DNA of 64,000 nucleotides from Sphagnum compactum (lineage: Eukaryota), in assembly GCA_965153455.1 (NCBI GenBank), contig OZ234493.1, forward strand, positions 21,132,213-21,196,212, in the 5' to 3' direction. Each line of letters opens with the position of its first letter. Position 1 is the first letter of the stretch. Below the pieces are notes generated by a model. The model saw nothing but the letters and a program-made list of their open reading frames with translations, did not search any database and was not told the DNA's origin. Below, piece after piece: positions 25,901 to 39,400 of this stretch. A program made the position numbers and the translations under genes.

Positions 25901-26377
25901 GCTCCATGTCTGCTTCACTGCAACAAAAACCCATCCAGCAATCAAATTTTTGTGCACACATTTTATCTCCAAAAACTCAACAAAACCACCTTCCTCTCCC
26001 ACCTTACTATCTTTCTATCATCATACCCAAAACAAAAAGAGCATGTTTAAACAAAGGTTAAAAACTCATTACAGCAATGCCCTAAAACCCTAGAATAAAA
26101 CACACAGAGGGGCTTCACATAGGGTTTGTGTCTGTGGGTGGTAGCAGGAGGAGCAGGAGAAATTCTCACCACAATCAAAGACATGGATGTCTTGTGTCTG
26201 ACACTCATCTTTGCCATAGCCACCAAACACATAAATGAAGCGACCGCTCTTCACAGTGTTGCAAGTGTGGCCCCACTTCTGTCCTGGCCCTGCTGTGCCT
26301 CCTTTCCGACCTGGAGTTTTCTTCCCATCTGGTATCTCCTTCACCTTATGCTTCACCCTCACTCTCTCCCACCTCAT
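22941..26377 (-). CDS. Kelch-repeat beta-propeller protein (galactose oxidase/kelch superfamily, At1g18610/At1g74150-like); last exons uncertain
   Basis: ATG at 26377 (MRWERVR...GPGQKWGHTCN...IYVFGGYG). Exons: 26377-26170, 25917-25768, 25621-25469, 25381-25229, 24849-24697, 24580-24419, 24211-24074, 23902-23761, 23655-23466. It then ends either with 23366-23346 (stop) or with 23366-23352 + 23141-22941. Six Kelch repeats (R.(S/G)H...(F/L)GG...W) and C-terminal FEAKISDVFHFGFTLEATIDGKPLRGLVFS. Confidence 0.9.
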
Positions 26378-28051
26378 CCTTCCTGGTCTCCTCCTCTCCC
26401 ACCCACCCACCTTGCAGCAGTAGTGCACCTCCTCTTCCTCCTCCTCACAACTTCGCGATGATACCTAGGGTACAAACTGCCGCTTGAGCACCAGTTCACG
26501 AAGCACATTGTTATCATCAGATTCTGAAAGCAAATGAATGTTTCCACTAAAACAAACTCTCTACAGTGTACATTCACAGAAGAAGTTCGCTCTCTCTCTC
26601 TCTCTCTCTCTCTCGATCGCTCATAAACTTCTTCTGGGCACAAGGAACAAATGCGAGAACCCACCAAAAAAAAAAACAAAAAAACCATGCAGATTCAAAA
26701 GACCTCTAGTGTCTGAAAAAACAGAACAGTGCACCACCGCCTGAGTTTGAACGAAGAAAAAGCGGAAAAAAAAAAAAAACAAAACAAAACAAAACAGTGA
26801 ACTAAAACCCCTGAAGGATTGCCCTCTCCCCCATTGCAGCAGTACCCACTCTCCCACAAATCATTCCCTACTCACTCTTTCGTTGTTATCCACCACCCAC
26901 TACTACTCGAAGCTTGAGCACTCTAGGTTTACAGGCCCTTTACCACTTGTGCAATCAACCACAGTTTCACACCCATGATGAAACTCGAAAGCAGAAGAGA
27001 GAGCAGCAGAACAAGGAGAAGAAGAAGAGGAGGAGGAGGAGCAGGAGGAGTAGGAGGAGGAGGAAAAGCAGGATGAGGAAAACAAAAACACAAAGAAGAA
27101 GAAGGAAACTTGCAGGGGAAAAAAAATGCTAGAAAAAAACTTGACAAAACTTGAACAAAACTTGACAAAACATCTGTCGACTTTTTTTTCTGCCAAAAAG
27201 AAGGGTATTACTCTCCAGAATGAAAATGCATGCAACAGAAGAAGAAAAAAAAAGACCCACAAAACTCACAAAACTCAAAAGTTCGTGACAAAAACAAAAA
27301 AAAAAAAAAACACAGAGAAGACCATAACTTCTGGAAAAACCAAAAACCCAGGAAGTAGAAGAAGAAGAAGATAACTACATACCTATCTACCTTCTGCAAG
27401 AAACAACAAAGTGGGGATGGATCCAAATGACATGACAAAGGGAGGAAGAAGTAGTAGTAGTAGTTGTAGTAGTAATAGTAGTAGTAGTAGTAGGGGAACC
27501 AAAAAAAAGGGGGAGGGAGGGAGGGAGGAGGGAAGAGGGTTTAGAGGGGTATTGGGTGGGGATGGGGTACTTACAAGCTTTTTTGTTGCAGAAGAAGAAG
27601 AAGAAGATTAGCCACAAACAACAAACAAACAAACCAACCATTTCACAAAAAACACAAAAGTGGGCATGGATTTAGGAAGCACCCAAAACTCCACCAACAC
27701 TTTGTTTGAAGGGGAACTAACTTATTTACTTATTAGGTACTTACTTTGAGAGCTCCTCCCCACTCAGCCACGCACCCACCCACCCTCCCAACTCTTCCCA
27801 AACCCCACTGTCATTTTTTCCTTTCTTTCTTTCTTTCTTTCTTTCTTTTTCTGGGGTTTTTTTAATGCAAAAAAACATTGTGTGCTTTTTTTATTTTTGG
27901 GATTGCGTGTTTCTCAACTTTTCTTTTTTTTTTTTGTTAATTTTTTAATTTTTTTCCCTCTCTTTTCTCCTCTGTATGTGTGTGTGTGTGTGTGTTTGTG
28001 GGATCTCTCTGTGGCCAGTTTCTTTTCCTCCCTCCTTTCAAAGCCTAGCTA

Positions 28052-28070
28052 CCCTAAACCCTAAACCCTA
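28052..28070. repeat. Short interstitial telomeric tract / telo-box (CCCTAAA)n upstream of the Kelch gene
   Basis: CCCTAAACCCTAAACCCTA. Confidence 0.6.
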
Positions 28071-28949
28071 CCTCCTAGGTGACCTAGGAGCTAGAAGTAA
28101 AGCTAATTTTGGTGAGCTTTGTTAGTACTAGGCTATTACTAAATTACTTCCTTGTTGTTGCTGAAATAGATTATTGGATTCCCTACTTCAAAATAAGTTA
28201 GTAATTAGTAGTACCCATTTCTAGATCAATAAATATAATTTTTTGCAAATTATTATTTTTAAATAATAAAAATAAAATTTCCATAATTCATAAATTTTTC
28301 CTTTTAAAAAAAAGTGTAGTAAATTAATTAGCCCTACCCCACTAAAGAAAAGAAAAGAAAATTCAAAAGAAAAATTGGAAATTTTATTATTACAATATTT
28401 ATAGCACAACTCCTATCTGGGATAAGGTACTACTCTGCATTTATTTTGGTTGTGGGTTTTGTTGTTGTTGTACTGGTTAGCTTAGATATCTCAGTAGTTG
28501 GCCAAGTTGGAGTGGTAGTAGCAGGCCTTGTACTAGTAGTGGAGTGAAGTAAAAGGTCTAACTTATAAGTTGATCATTTTCTTTCTTCAATTTATTGTGC
28601 TTGTAGAACTGACTTTTCTGTACCATTTTGTTTATTTACTTAATTATTTATTTATTTATTTATTTGGGTGTCCTTTCATTTTTCTCTTCTTTTTAAAGAG
28701 ACATAAATTACTCCCATTCTTAGCACAAAATAGATAAGATTGTTGAAGGAGCAAAAAAAAGTAAAGTAAGTCATTGCAAGCCAAAGAAGACCTAAAATTG
28801 GGGGTTTTTCTCTAACAAAAAACAACTTGACAAATAAGCACACAAGTAAGAAGAAGACATGTAAATTTTTCTCATGTGTTTCCTTATTGAGTTTAGGGTT
28901 TTGTGGTATTTGTTGGGAAAGTTCCCATGGAGAGATTGTTGTCCTAAAC

Positions 28950-29130
28950 GAGCGTTCACACTTGGTGCTAACTAAGTGGTACCTTGGTGTTATAACACAA
29001 AAAATAAAATGAAGGTCATTCGCATATACAATCTTACATTGTAGAAAATTTAACATGGCATTATCCTAGATGGCATTGGTTGTTAACTTAATGTTAAGCA
29101 TATTTTAACTAACATTCAATCTTCATAAAA
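28950..29130 (-). mobile_element. Partial, degenerate copy of the Harbinger/Tourist-like MITE at 59823-59995
   Basis: Terminal-like GCGTTCACACTTGGTG at ~28952. 29088-29128 resembles the reverse complement of the internal segment 59906-59949. Confidence 0.5.
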
Positions 29131-32100
29131 ATGTAGATTTTGGAAAAAAAATCGATGTTACATAACATAGCTGAAATTGATCTCATAAATTTATGGTAAA
29201 CAAGGCGAAAAGAGGCGGTCTTTCTCACTTCGCTCTTTTTTCATGGCTCTAATTACATAGCTTGAGTCTTGACAATAAAAGGAAAAGCCTGAAAGTGCAC
29301 AATGAAAAAACTTTTCAAAAAAACCTCAAATTTTTTACAAAATAGAGTAGATTATAGAAGCATTTGTGGATTGTAAAAATGTTTCTAGAAGAAAATTGTA
29401 ACAAGAAAGGGGATGTGAGAGATTATAGCAATATTTTTGAAAGGGAATGCCAACATGGGTGAAATGAACTTGAAATCAATGAATAAAAAAAGAATTAAAA
29501 AACAACAAGGAGATAGACTTGCAATATAGTTCAAATAAAAACATAAGAATGATGTTAATTTGGAAACCTTTGCACAACATCCAAATCATAAAGAATTAAG
29601 AAATAAATTGAAGAAGTTAGGAAATGTATTCAAAAGGTTAACAAACCCAACACACAATAATAGAAAGGAAGACAATTCAAAAATAGTTGAGATGAACAAG
29701 ATTTGACATGTGCAAAACCTCACATTACTATTAGATCTCACGATTTGCATGCAGGAGACATTAGAGAGGCCATGGGTGAGATAATTTCCTACCACTAGAG
29801 GGATTAGCTCTCTCCCTTTTTTTTGTTCTTGCGGGTTGTGTGTCTTTTGGCCTTTCTTTGGCCTCCCTTTTTGTCTCCCCCGTGATGGTTTCGATCATCG
29901 ATCTTTTATTGGATTTTTGTGTTGTTCAAGTAGTAATTGATGTGCAAATTTACATGTTTCAAGAAAAACATAGAGTGAGATGAGCAAGTAGTGAGGTGCA
30001 TAAGTAGTTGAAACACTCAATCTTGGATAGACATCACAATAATACATGTAAAGTGAGATCGAAAAGAAAAAATGTGCACAACAAATACATAAAACTTGTG
30101 AAATTGAAAAGATTTGCTTGAAAATGAGAGAGCACATAAAACACTCATAGAAAGTGAACTCACATAAAATAATTTGAAATGAAAGGTTAAGGAAAATTTG
30201 TAAAAATTATGGAAATTAAAAGAAAAGAAAATGGTAATTGCAATACCATCATGTGTGAATCAATGTTGTTACAAAAGATGTTAGAACAATGGTAAGTTAA
30301 TAACAACTAAACTTTTTGTTTTAGTCTAAATGATGAAATGTGTCATTGCAAGGTTAGGTTTGTGTCAAGATAATTTTAAGCTTGTTAACTCAATGTTTAG
30401 GAAACTAAAAACTTTTAAACTAACATTTAGTGTGAACCCTTAAGGATTTTGATTATAAGAAACAAATAAACCCAAAAGACCCATGAAAAGATGATGCATA
30501 GGTAACCACTCAATTTGTTAAAGTACTCAGTATGCATGTACATGTTGAACATTTTTGTTTCATTTTTATTTGACCTAAGAATGTTAATATCCATCAACAT
30601 GCCATGAAGGATGGATGATATGTGGACATGAAACACTTTTCCGTTAAGTGTTTAGTTCCCTAGCTAACCACAATGGTTAATTCAATTTATTTTTAAACTA
30701 ACTACCTATGACACCTTCTTGCCTTTATTTATTTATTAACCATTTACACTATCAACTTATCCACATAACTACCTACATATTTACTTACATAACAAGTCAT
30801 ATCCTTCACAAGATAAATTACCATAGTGAAATTTGAAATCAATTCAATTGGGTTTCATCCATTACTAATCTTCACAATTTTTCTATGGACGGTACTTTTG
30901 CTAGGTTCAATAATGAAGTCTTAATTGGCTACCAATGGATGATTTACCTCACACATGTGTCACAAGCTATGGTGTGAAAAACCTTTGTCATTGAAAAATG
31001 ATGGAAGGGGTAAATTGTATCCCTTTTATTTTTTTGTTGTTTCCTTACATATTCAATCTAACTTCCTTAAAATTATTAGTGTTTCAAAGTCACCAAAACA
31101 ATACTAACACATTACATATTCAAGAATAACTAGTTTCAATCCCCTTCAACCATTTGTTACATAGCATGTGTGATTACACAACTATTGTTCTCCAAATCAC
31201 CACAACGAATCCTATATTGTATTAAATCCCCATTTCTCACCAATTTATTTTAATCATGCATTGTTTTATTCAACCTTTCTACATTCAACAAATACATTTA
31301 TAAACATGTCAATTTCACAAAGAAGTGCATTATTATGTCAAAAATAGATGCAACCATTTGTAAAGAAATTCGCGTTTAAATTTGTGAGCTACACAATGAT
31401 GTGCAAAATTTGTGAAATTTTTATTAAAATGTAATCAATATAGTGATTCCAAAATGGTTCTCACAACTCTTTTTTAATTTCTAAATTGACACATAATTCT
31501 ATCCTCCTTTTTTTAGGTTTTGGTTTTTCACAAATTTTTTCTTGTAAAAAGAATGTCATCCCTCCCAAAATTTCACAATCACTCATCCATATGCATCTCT
31601 CCAAAAACTTTTACAACATTTCGTAATTTTTCCCAACATAATCACCATTCCTTAGTTATTTATTCCTCCAAAACTTTCACACCATCCATGTTGCCCTTAA
31701 AAACAAAAATCTTTTGGTTACTCTTTGAGTTGTAATGAATTGCAAACATGGCACAACCCAAACAACTCAACCCAACAATCTCATTTTTATATTTAACTCT
31801 GTTTTGTTGCTAAATATGTGACCATTTCTTCATCAAAGTTTTGTGTTTACATAATATTTAGCTTGAATTACACAACCTAATTTTTTTTGTATTTTTCCAA
31901 ACTTTTTCAGATCTCCATTTGTAACATACAAATTCATTTTCCTTCATCAACATTTTGATCACTTTGTTCATCTTTATGACCCATGAATCTATACAGTCCT
32001 TCTCAAATGGTTTCTAGTCCTTTCTTTTTTCTCAACCTTCCCATTTTCACCCACCATCTCAATATCTACCTTGCAAATTATTGTTTGCATTTCCACATAT

Positions 32101-32659
32101 TAAAGGTTCATTTTTGTCTCCTTTGTGTTTTTTTGACATTTTCAAAAATGTGTTAATGAAGTTTTGCAAACATTTGCATCTTTAAAATGCATATCACTTG
32201 AAGCTCCTTGTAGACTCAGATAGTGAGTCCAATTGGTTGTTCGTTTTGAATCTTGGATTTCATTTAATTGACACCACAAATAAGGAAAACTTTGTGTTCT
32301 CTTGAATTATGCATATGTATCCAATGAATATTCAAAGCCATTGTACATCCCATTCATGCACATATTTAGTTGCGGTAACCATCACAATCAAATTATGTTT
32401 GATAGTTCAACTAAGATTTTCCACCAAATCATTGCATTGTGAATCAACAAATGTAATATGTTAATGAGAAATTCCATAATTGTGACGCATTTTTGCAAAT
32501 TCTCCACCTAAATTCAATTTCATTGATCAATACATGTTTGAATGTGTTCCAAATTGTTAAATGATCTCATCCTTTAAAAACCTTGCAATTGATACCACCA
32601 CATGATCAATTATTGTTTTGACTTTTATCCATTTCAAATCATTATCAACTACTACCAAG

Positions 32660-33282
32660 GTGGTTGCAAGATAAGGTGACTCATTTTGGACAACACTTTC
32701 AAAAGTACACATTTAAACATTAAAATTAAAATTAAATAAAACTAATGTTTAAATGTGGATTGCATGGTGATTAATGAATTAACAAAGTTAGATGAACAAA
32801 AGCCCAACTAAACAATTGTTTTTAACATACATGTTAGAGAAAAAAAAAATCAATCCAACAAAAAATGATTGACATAGAGACTTTTGAAGATAAGGTCCAA
32901 ATCTTGTCATTTAAAAATCAAAAGCAATTTGTTGATTCGAGTTTTTGGGGAAATTCTTTTTTTTTTTTCTAACATGTATCACATGTTGAATCCATTTAAT
33001 ACATATTGGGATGAAATGATATTGAAAAATGCATTTGAATTTTCATACAAAGTCAACATCACAATCCATGATCCATTTCAAAAGTTCATTATTATATGTT
33101 TGGTGTATATTTACTGAATTTCATCATTATGTAAATATTTTTATTCAAGTTGGCAACCTTAATTGATAAATTTTTTTATCACATTGATACTTTTTACCAC
33201 ATGTTTGTGACATTTGGATAAAATACATTTTGTAAAAAATCCAATGCGATGCAAAAAATGAGCCACCCTATCTTACAATTGC
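32660..33282. mobile_element. Non-autonomous TIR element (hAT-like, 8-bp TSD) inserted in the Gypsy integrase
   Basis: TIR core TTG(C/T)AAGATA(A/G)GGTG(A/G)CTCATTTT at 32664-32687 and, inverted, at 33255-33278. Flanks are CTACCAAG (32652-32659) and CCACCAAG (33283-33290). Removing the element restores the integrase frame. Confidence 0.8.
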
Positions 33283-35857
33283 CCACCAAGATATATTTGT
33301 TTCCATTCTAGGTTTTTAGTAAAGGCCTTATGGTATCAAGAGCCACCTTGAAAAAAATCTCACTAACAACGTGTATGTTGTGGGGGTTTTCCATATTGGA
33401 TTTCATTAACCCTATTTTGTTACCCAACTAACACTCCCATGCATTCCCTTATATCTTTATGCACCAATTTAATTCAATTGTTCCAAAAGAATCTATGCTT
33501 CACCTTTTTGAAGGTTCTTTATTCCCCAAATTTGCAATCTCCATGTTTATGTTTTGAATCAATTGTTCTTTATAATATCCTTATGTCTATTGATGGCACC
33601 GTCAAACCCTTAAAGTACAAGTCCTTGTTCTCCCAACAAATATAAATGAACATGTTCAATTTCTAATCCTTCTATCAAAAGGAAAATTATTATGCACATA
33701 TTTATTTGTTTGTAGTAATCACGACAATTTTGTACTTCTACATTACCAATAGCAAGTAGAAATGGTTAAAAATTCATGTTATCCTCTATTTTAAATAATA
33801 TTCTCTAGGGTTGAGTTGATGGCTAAAATTTAGCCACTAAAATAGGATTTAAGGTTGATTTTGGAAGAATGTTATATATTTGGTTGAATGCATGGCTACC
33901 ATTTTTGTAGGAGGTACGTAGTGGTTATTTCAATTATTTATGGGGCTAAACTTTAGTTAGTTGAGAAAGTTTTGTATTTGTATGGTTGTGGGTTAAAAAA
34001 ATGAAAATATGTTTGGAGAATCCATGTGTGAATTGATATCCTTGAGATTGTGTAGAAGAAATGTGAATCAATGTCAATAGTAACTTGGTCTTCATTAGGA
34101 CCCAAATGTTGTGGGATTCTAACAACATTGTTCATGGTTTTTTCATAATTTAAAAATGTTGTGGATGTTCTATTGTGTGAAAACCTTTTACACCACCATT
34201 GGAATGTGTGTCTGTGTGTGTGAAAATTTTAAAATATTTTGAGTTACTTCATTAAGTATCATTGTTTTCATAAACATGTCTAGAAATATGTGCAATGGTT
34301 TGTCTATTAGGAATTACAATATTCTTTTAATACCATAGCCATAAATCGGTCATGTAGTAACTTTGTTTTTTATGCTGTTTATTGTAATAGATTTTATATC
34401 AATTGCCTACCTACTTCAAATCATCATTTTGTGACATTTTCCAATGATATTTTTTTGAAAAATGTTTTTAGATTCAATAATCTTTTTTTAGCCCAAGTCC
34501 CCTTGAAATTAGATTTAAATCCAATGAGGTTTTTCAAATGTTAAAATCTACTTTAATTAAATACTTTACCTACTACCAACCATGTTTAGTCAAGTTTGAT
34601 AATCAACTAGGATTGATTTGCTTTTTTTCACCTAGGTATTTTGTCCTATTAAATCCTTAAAAAATAATTATTTTTCACAATCTCTTTCACCCACAATGCA
34701 TGTTGTAGGCATCTCACCAATAATCAATTTTCAAAGTACTCAAGCATGTTTCATCTTCCCAAACGTCTAAAACATGTTAAATTCTTCCTCTTGGTAGTCC
34801 ATCATTCATGTCATCTTTTATTTTCTTGTTTTCCTTCCTTCAACACCAAAATCTACCTCCCGAAACAAATCCCACTATTCTTGACAATCTTTATTTACAC
34901 TTAAAGAATTTGATTTATTAGTCATCAAATTAATGATTACATTGCCTTGTATCATAAGTTGTGCCATTTCTTTCCTTGTGTCCTTTAATTGTTCTCCTTA
35001 GGAATAACATCATCACCATTAACAATCACATTCAAAACGATGCAATTTCCCATGTTTATTTTTCAAATCACACAACCTATCAAGATTCAATTTGAAACAA
35101 CAATTTACATGTAACCAATGACTTTTGTGACCAATATGTGCTACTTGATCTTTATACCTCTATCCTTTCCATTCATGTCATTGTCCTACAACATATATGG
35201 TCAAAAGACTCATGTCTTGAATTTCTTCTTGAATTTCTTTGTCATTACATAGTCCCATTAGATTGTGGTTTGAAGCATCAATGTTCACATGCCCACCGCT
35301 AGTCTAGATGTACAATCCTAAAGCTAAGGTCTTGAAGTAGATCCACCCAATGTCCTTTGCACTCACATGCACATTTGAAATAATGAAAATAATCACTTTA
35401 GTGGTTTATTATCAATGTGTAGAATGAATTAATGTATGTAATGGAAATGTTGGCTAATATGCATGATCCCCTATATCAATGTATAACATTCCTCTTCCAT
35501 GGGTTGATATTTCTTTTTTGTGAGAAACAATCCTTTATTAGCATACACAATGACTAGCATGTGTCTTCCTTTTTTATAACAAAATACTACAGATATGAAA
35601 CACATGAAGACCAATCCACATCCAAAATCAAACCTTGGCAAAGTTAGGTCTAGTAAACATTCCAAAGTATTCACTAGGTGTTGTTTGAACTTGTCAAATG
35701 GTAGATGGGAGCCCACATAAATTCAATATCTTTTTAGTTTAGTGCAAAAGGAGGGGTTGACACCTTGGCATATCCTTTTATGTAGTATCTTGTTCAACCT
35801 AAAAATGCCTTCACATTTTTAAATATAATGAACACATGAAATTTTGTTATACCATTA

Positions 35858-35990
35858 CACCAAAACATGGCATCCATGACTACAAGCATGGCATAAATTA
35901 TAAGCCCAATATTTGATTATAAAGTTTTAACAACTATTTTTCATGGCTTTATAATTGAATATAACTCTTTGCTTATGCCATGTTTTGGTA
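35858..35990. mobile_element. 133-bp MITE with TA flanks (Tc1/mariner/Stowaway-like) inside the Gypsy RT remnant
   Basis: TA|CACCAAAACATGGCAT ... ATGCCATGTTTTGGTA|TA; the TIRs match 15/16. Confidence 0.72.
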
Positions 35991-36914
35991 TACTTTACTA
36001 TTTTTCCAAAGTCAAGTTGAACCCCATTGATGTTCACCACAAGCCTCAAGAAAATGATTTCTTTTAGCAAATTTTTATCATGTTAAAACAATTGCTTTAT
36101 AACCCACTCAAGATGCTTCTCAAATGTTGCTTCCAATCTAAACCATGTACCTTGACATCCTCCAAAAATTTTTGACTAAATAATCAACTTCTTTTTCAAA
36201 TATTTCCTTCATGGTTCTAGAAAATGCACATGTTGCATTATTCTATTCAAAGGCATGACCTTCTACTAAGAAATCCTTCCTTTTGTGATCATTGTCATTT
36301 TCTTCACATCCTTAAACACCATACTTTTTTGTTAGAATCTTGATTGAAGGTCCAATGCACTAAACACATATGACTTCCCAAGCTAGGTTAACATGTCTTG
36401 TACTAGAGGCATGATATAGGAATCTTTATGAGTTTGTATGTTTTTGATGACCATTAGGCACCACAATCTTGGTGTGATCCATCTTTCTTGGTGGGCAAAG
36501 TGAGTTTGTAAATAAATTATGAAATGTCTAACTACACATCTTGCCCATCTTCACCAACAGATTATTTTTTTCAAAAACCTTTTCATTCTCCCAAAAAGAC
36601 AATTCATTTGGGGTTGTTTCCCAAAGAAGATTATTTTATAGAACGTTCACCCTCTAGACACAACATCTTAGTTCTCCTTTGCTCCATGCAAACATTTGCT
36701 TCTACCACTATAACAATTCCCACAGTGCATTTACATAATTTAGAGCCCATGCTCAAATGGGAACATAGTTTAATCTACCATTTGAATATTGTCATTAAAT
36801 TTCTTACTAATCCCATCCCTTAGCCTTAGTTTTATTTGCACCTCTATTGCATTTTATATGCATCCAACTTGGCTTAACTTTCAAAAGGTTAGTATTATCC
36901 ATTGATACTAGACA

Positions 36915-39400
36915 TGTGGGGACTAGTTTTTAAACCACATAATGTCTTGTATTTTTAATTTATAAACTAGTTTCTTTGTACATGTTTGAATGTAATCTTT
37001 AGGTTGTTGCATGTACATGTCCTCTTCCAAGTAGCCATTTAAGAACATGGTTTTTACATCAATTTGGTGTAATTATAAATCTTTCTCTATAGCTAATGCC
37101 ATTACAACCTTAATGGAGGTCATTTTAATCAATGGTGAAAAAGTTTGAATTGGTAATCAATTTTAACTACTTGTGAATAACCTTTAACAACCGTATGTGG
37201 TTTATATTGATTTATAATGCCATTAACTTTTAACTTAGTTTTGATTATCAATTTGCAACCAACAATTGACATATTAGATTTTAAACAAATGAACATTATT
37301 ATTTTTTAAATATAAATTTTATTTGAATCTTATGCAATTGTTTTCCATTTTTCATCATCTGACCTTGTCAAAGCTTTTTTCATGGTAAAAGGAAAATGGT
37401 TATCACACCTTTTGTGAGTAATGCATTGAAGTTAAACGAATAAATTAATTTCCAAGTGGTTGTGTTATTAATCTTGTAGATCATCATGGTTATGTATTTA
37501 TTTCATCATTATTATGATCATTCATGTGGTTTTTGATAAAATTTTTCAAATTAATAACTTGTTCATAATAATTAAATTCAAGAATGTAAAATTGACACAT
37601 CTTTGTATTTTGTGAATTATTATGACTTGATGATATTTGTGGAGTTTGAAAGTGCAAGGTGTTAACAAATGGGGCTTCACCCCAATTGATTAGGTTCTAT
37701 TATTATAATATTTTCAACACCAAATCATCTAATTTTAAATCTTCAATAATTATTTGATTGAAGTCTTTCACATTAGGTTCAACTTTTATTGTATCAAGAC
37801 TTCTTCATCAAATACCACCACATCTTTGCAAATTTCCACATTATTTATAAATTTTTTCAAAAGTTTGTAACCTTTTCTAGTATCATTATATTTGAGTACT
37901 AAACATTTTATGCTTTGTGCATTTAGTTTTCTTATTTTCTCTTTAGAAATAAACATGCAAGCATCACAACCAAAGATTCATAGATGAGACACCACGGGCT
38001 TTTGCCCTGCTTTCACCTTATCCACATTTGTGTTGGTGCCTCACCTTTTATGTGACAATGAGACATAAGTTCCTAACATAAGCTATAATTGCTATGACTT
38101 TTTCCCACCAAACATTATTCAAGTTTGCATGTTCCAATATACTTTGTGCACTTTCCACCTTAATGTGCAATTTTTTCTTTCAACTATCCCATTTTATATG
38201 GCATTGAAAATTGCATTGCAATTCCATACGTTTTAAACAAAAAAAATTAAAAGCCTTGGATACATATATTTACTTCCATTGTCATTCTTCAATGTTTGCA
38301 ATGGCTTCCTTGTTTGGCATTCAACTATAGATCTATAATTCTTGAAACAAGAAAATGCTTCACTCTATTATTTAATAAAATTAACCATTGTTTTCCTATT
38401 GTGAAAGTGATAAAGTACTTAGCTCCACCCCATGATGGGGTTTGCATCGGACCACACATATTTGAATGAACCAATTCCAAAAGGTCCTTGGTTCTTGTAA
38501 TTACATTTGTTAGGATCTTTTGACAATTTTGTTTGCTTTGGAAACAAACTTGACATACTAGTAAATTTAAAGAGCTTTTTATGTTTAGCCCATTGACCAT
38601 TTTTTGGTTTTGTAGAACTTTTAAGCAATCAATTCCCTATTGTTTAAGTTTTTGATGCCATAATTCCATTTGAGATTGTTATTTTGCTCAAAGTTTTATT
38701 GGACAAATTGTCATTTCTCATGGGTTTATTTTGCTATGAATTCACCATTCCAAGCTCATATAAATTACCATCACGGTAGGTTACATTGTATATGGGTAAA
38801 CAATATTAAACAATAAATTCAAGTTGATAACTTGCATGAATTGTTTAGCGCATAAAGATTAGATTCTTTTGTAACCTTGGAACTTGTGATACATTAGATT
38901 GCCATAGACCCATGTTCTTCAATCTTATGACTAGTGTTATCTCTTACATCAATAATTATTGTTCTTGCTAATCATAATTGACTTATTAATGATTTGAAGT
39001 TATTTACATGAATGATAACAAACATGTCTTTCATCATCTTTAGCCCATATCCAATTTGCTTTGTTCGAAACATTTTTTTAATAAGATTTTTGGTAGCAAT
39101 TGTTTTTGTTCATGCTTTTAGTGTTGTTCGTTTGCAACATTAACATGTTGAAGGCTTGAATCCTTCACATTAAGAAGAAAGGATGCAAGCATGTGCTTAT
39201 CCATCCATCCTATATCATATTGCTTGTTTGGAACTTAGAATTTGGTTTTGATTCTATTGCAACTCAAATATCCCAATTCAAAGAACTCCATTTCCATTTG
39301 GACTTTCCAAGTATGAACAATTTGTCGCATTGAAGTGCTCAAAGAGCACAAGTGGGCATTCCAATTTTGGATGCTAGTTCTCAACAAGCTCTAATATATA
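36915..39400 (-). mobile_element. Decayed, 3'-truncated Ty1/Copia LTR-retrotransposon remnant
   Basis: Minus strand: gag start (EHFNATN../HTWKVQMEM, ~39330), protease-like NVSQVPRLQKNLI (~38880), GAG-pre-integrase/integrase VCQVCFQSKQ...LELVHSNMCGPMQTPSWGGAKYFITF (ORF 38325-38600), RT LHQIDVKTMFLNGYLEEDMYMQQP (~37070). Possible degenerate Met-tRNA PBS near 39388. Confidence 0.85.

Larger units (their letters stand above)
31830..36900 (-). mobile_element. Decayed Ty3/Gypsy LTR-retrotransposon pol remnant (RT-RNaseH-integrase), interrupted by younger insertions
   Basis: Minus-strand translations with stops and frameshifts, in Gypsy order. RT: LPTKKDGS; MPLVQDMLT*LGKSYVFSALDLQS; NFLEDVKVH (degenerate F/YxDD); NVKAFLG*TRYY. 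RNase H-like: VIVYANKGL...PMEEECYTLI*G; FILHIDNKPL; WVDLLQDLSFRIVH. Integrase H2C2: KFGE*RTFKKVKHRFFWNN. Integrase core: VALDTIRPL...GNKYILV...KW; ARFLKDEII; SQCNDLVE. No LTRs recognised. Confidence 0.82.

Noticed and set aside
26900..27650. Lys/Arg- or Phe/Ser-rich ORFs upstream of the Kelch gene
   Set aside because: Products of poly-A and GAA/GGA/GTA microsatellites in a probable 5'UTR or leader intron.
29738..29922. GC-richer island resembling a 5'-truncated non-LTR 3' end
   Set aside because: No TSD, tail or clear in-window homologue, so it cannot be supported without a search.
31100..33300. Helitron Rep/helicase remnant
   Set aside because: Translation matches the Gypsy integrase core instead; no helicase motifs were seen.
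33331..33344. TGGTATCAAGAGCC resembling a Met-tRNA primer-binding site on the + strand
   Set aside because: It is the antisense of the integrase codons VALDT in the Gypsy remnant, and no LTR is adjacent.
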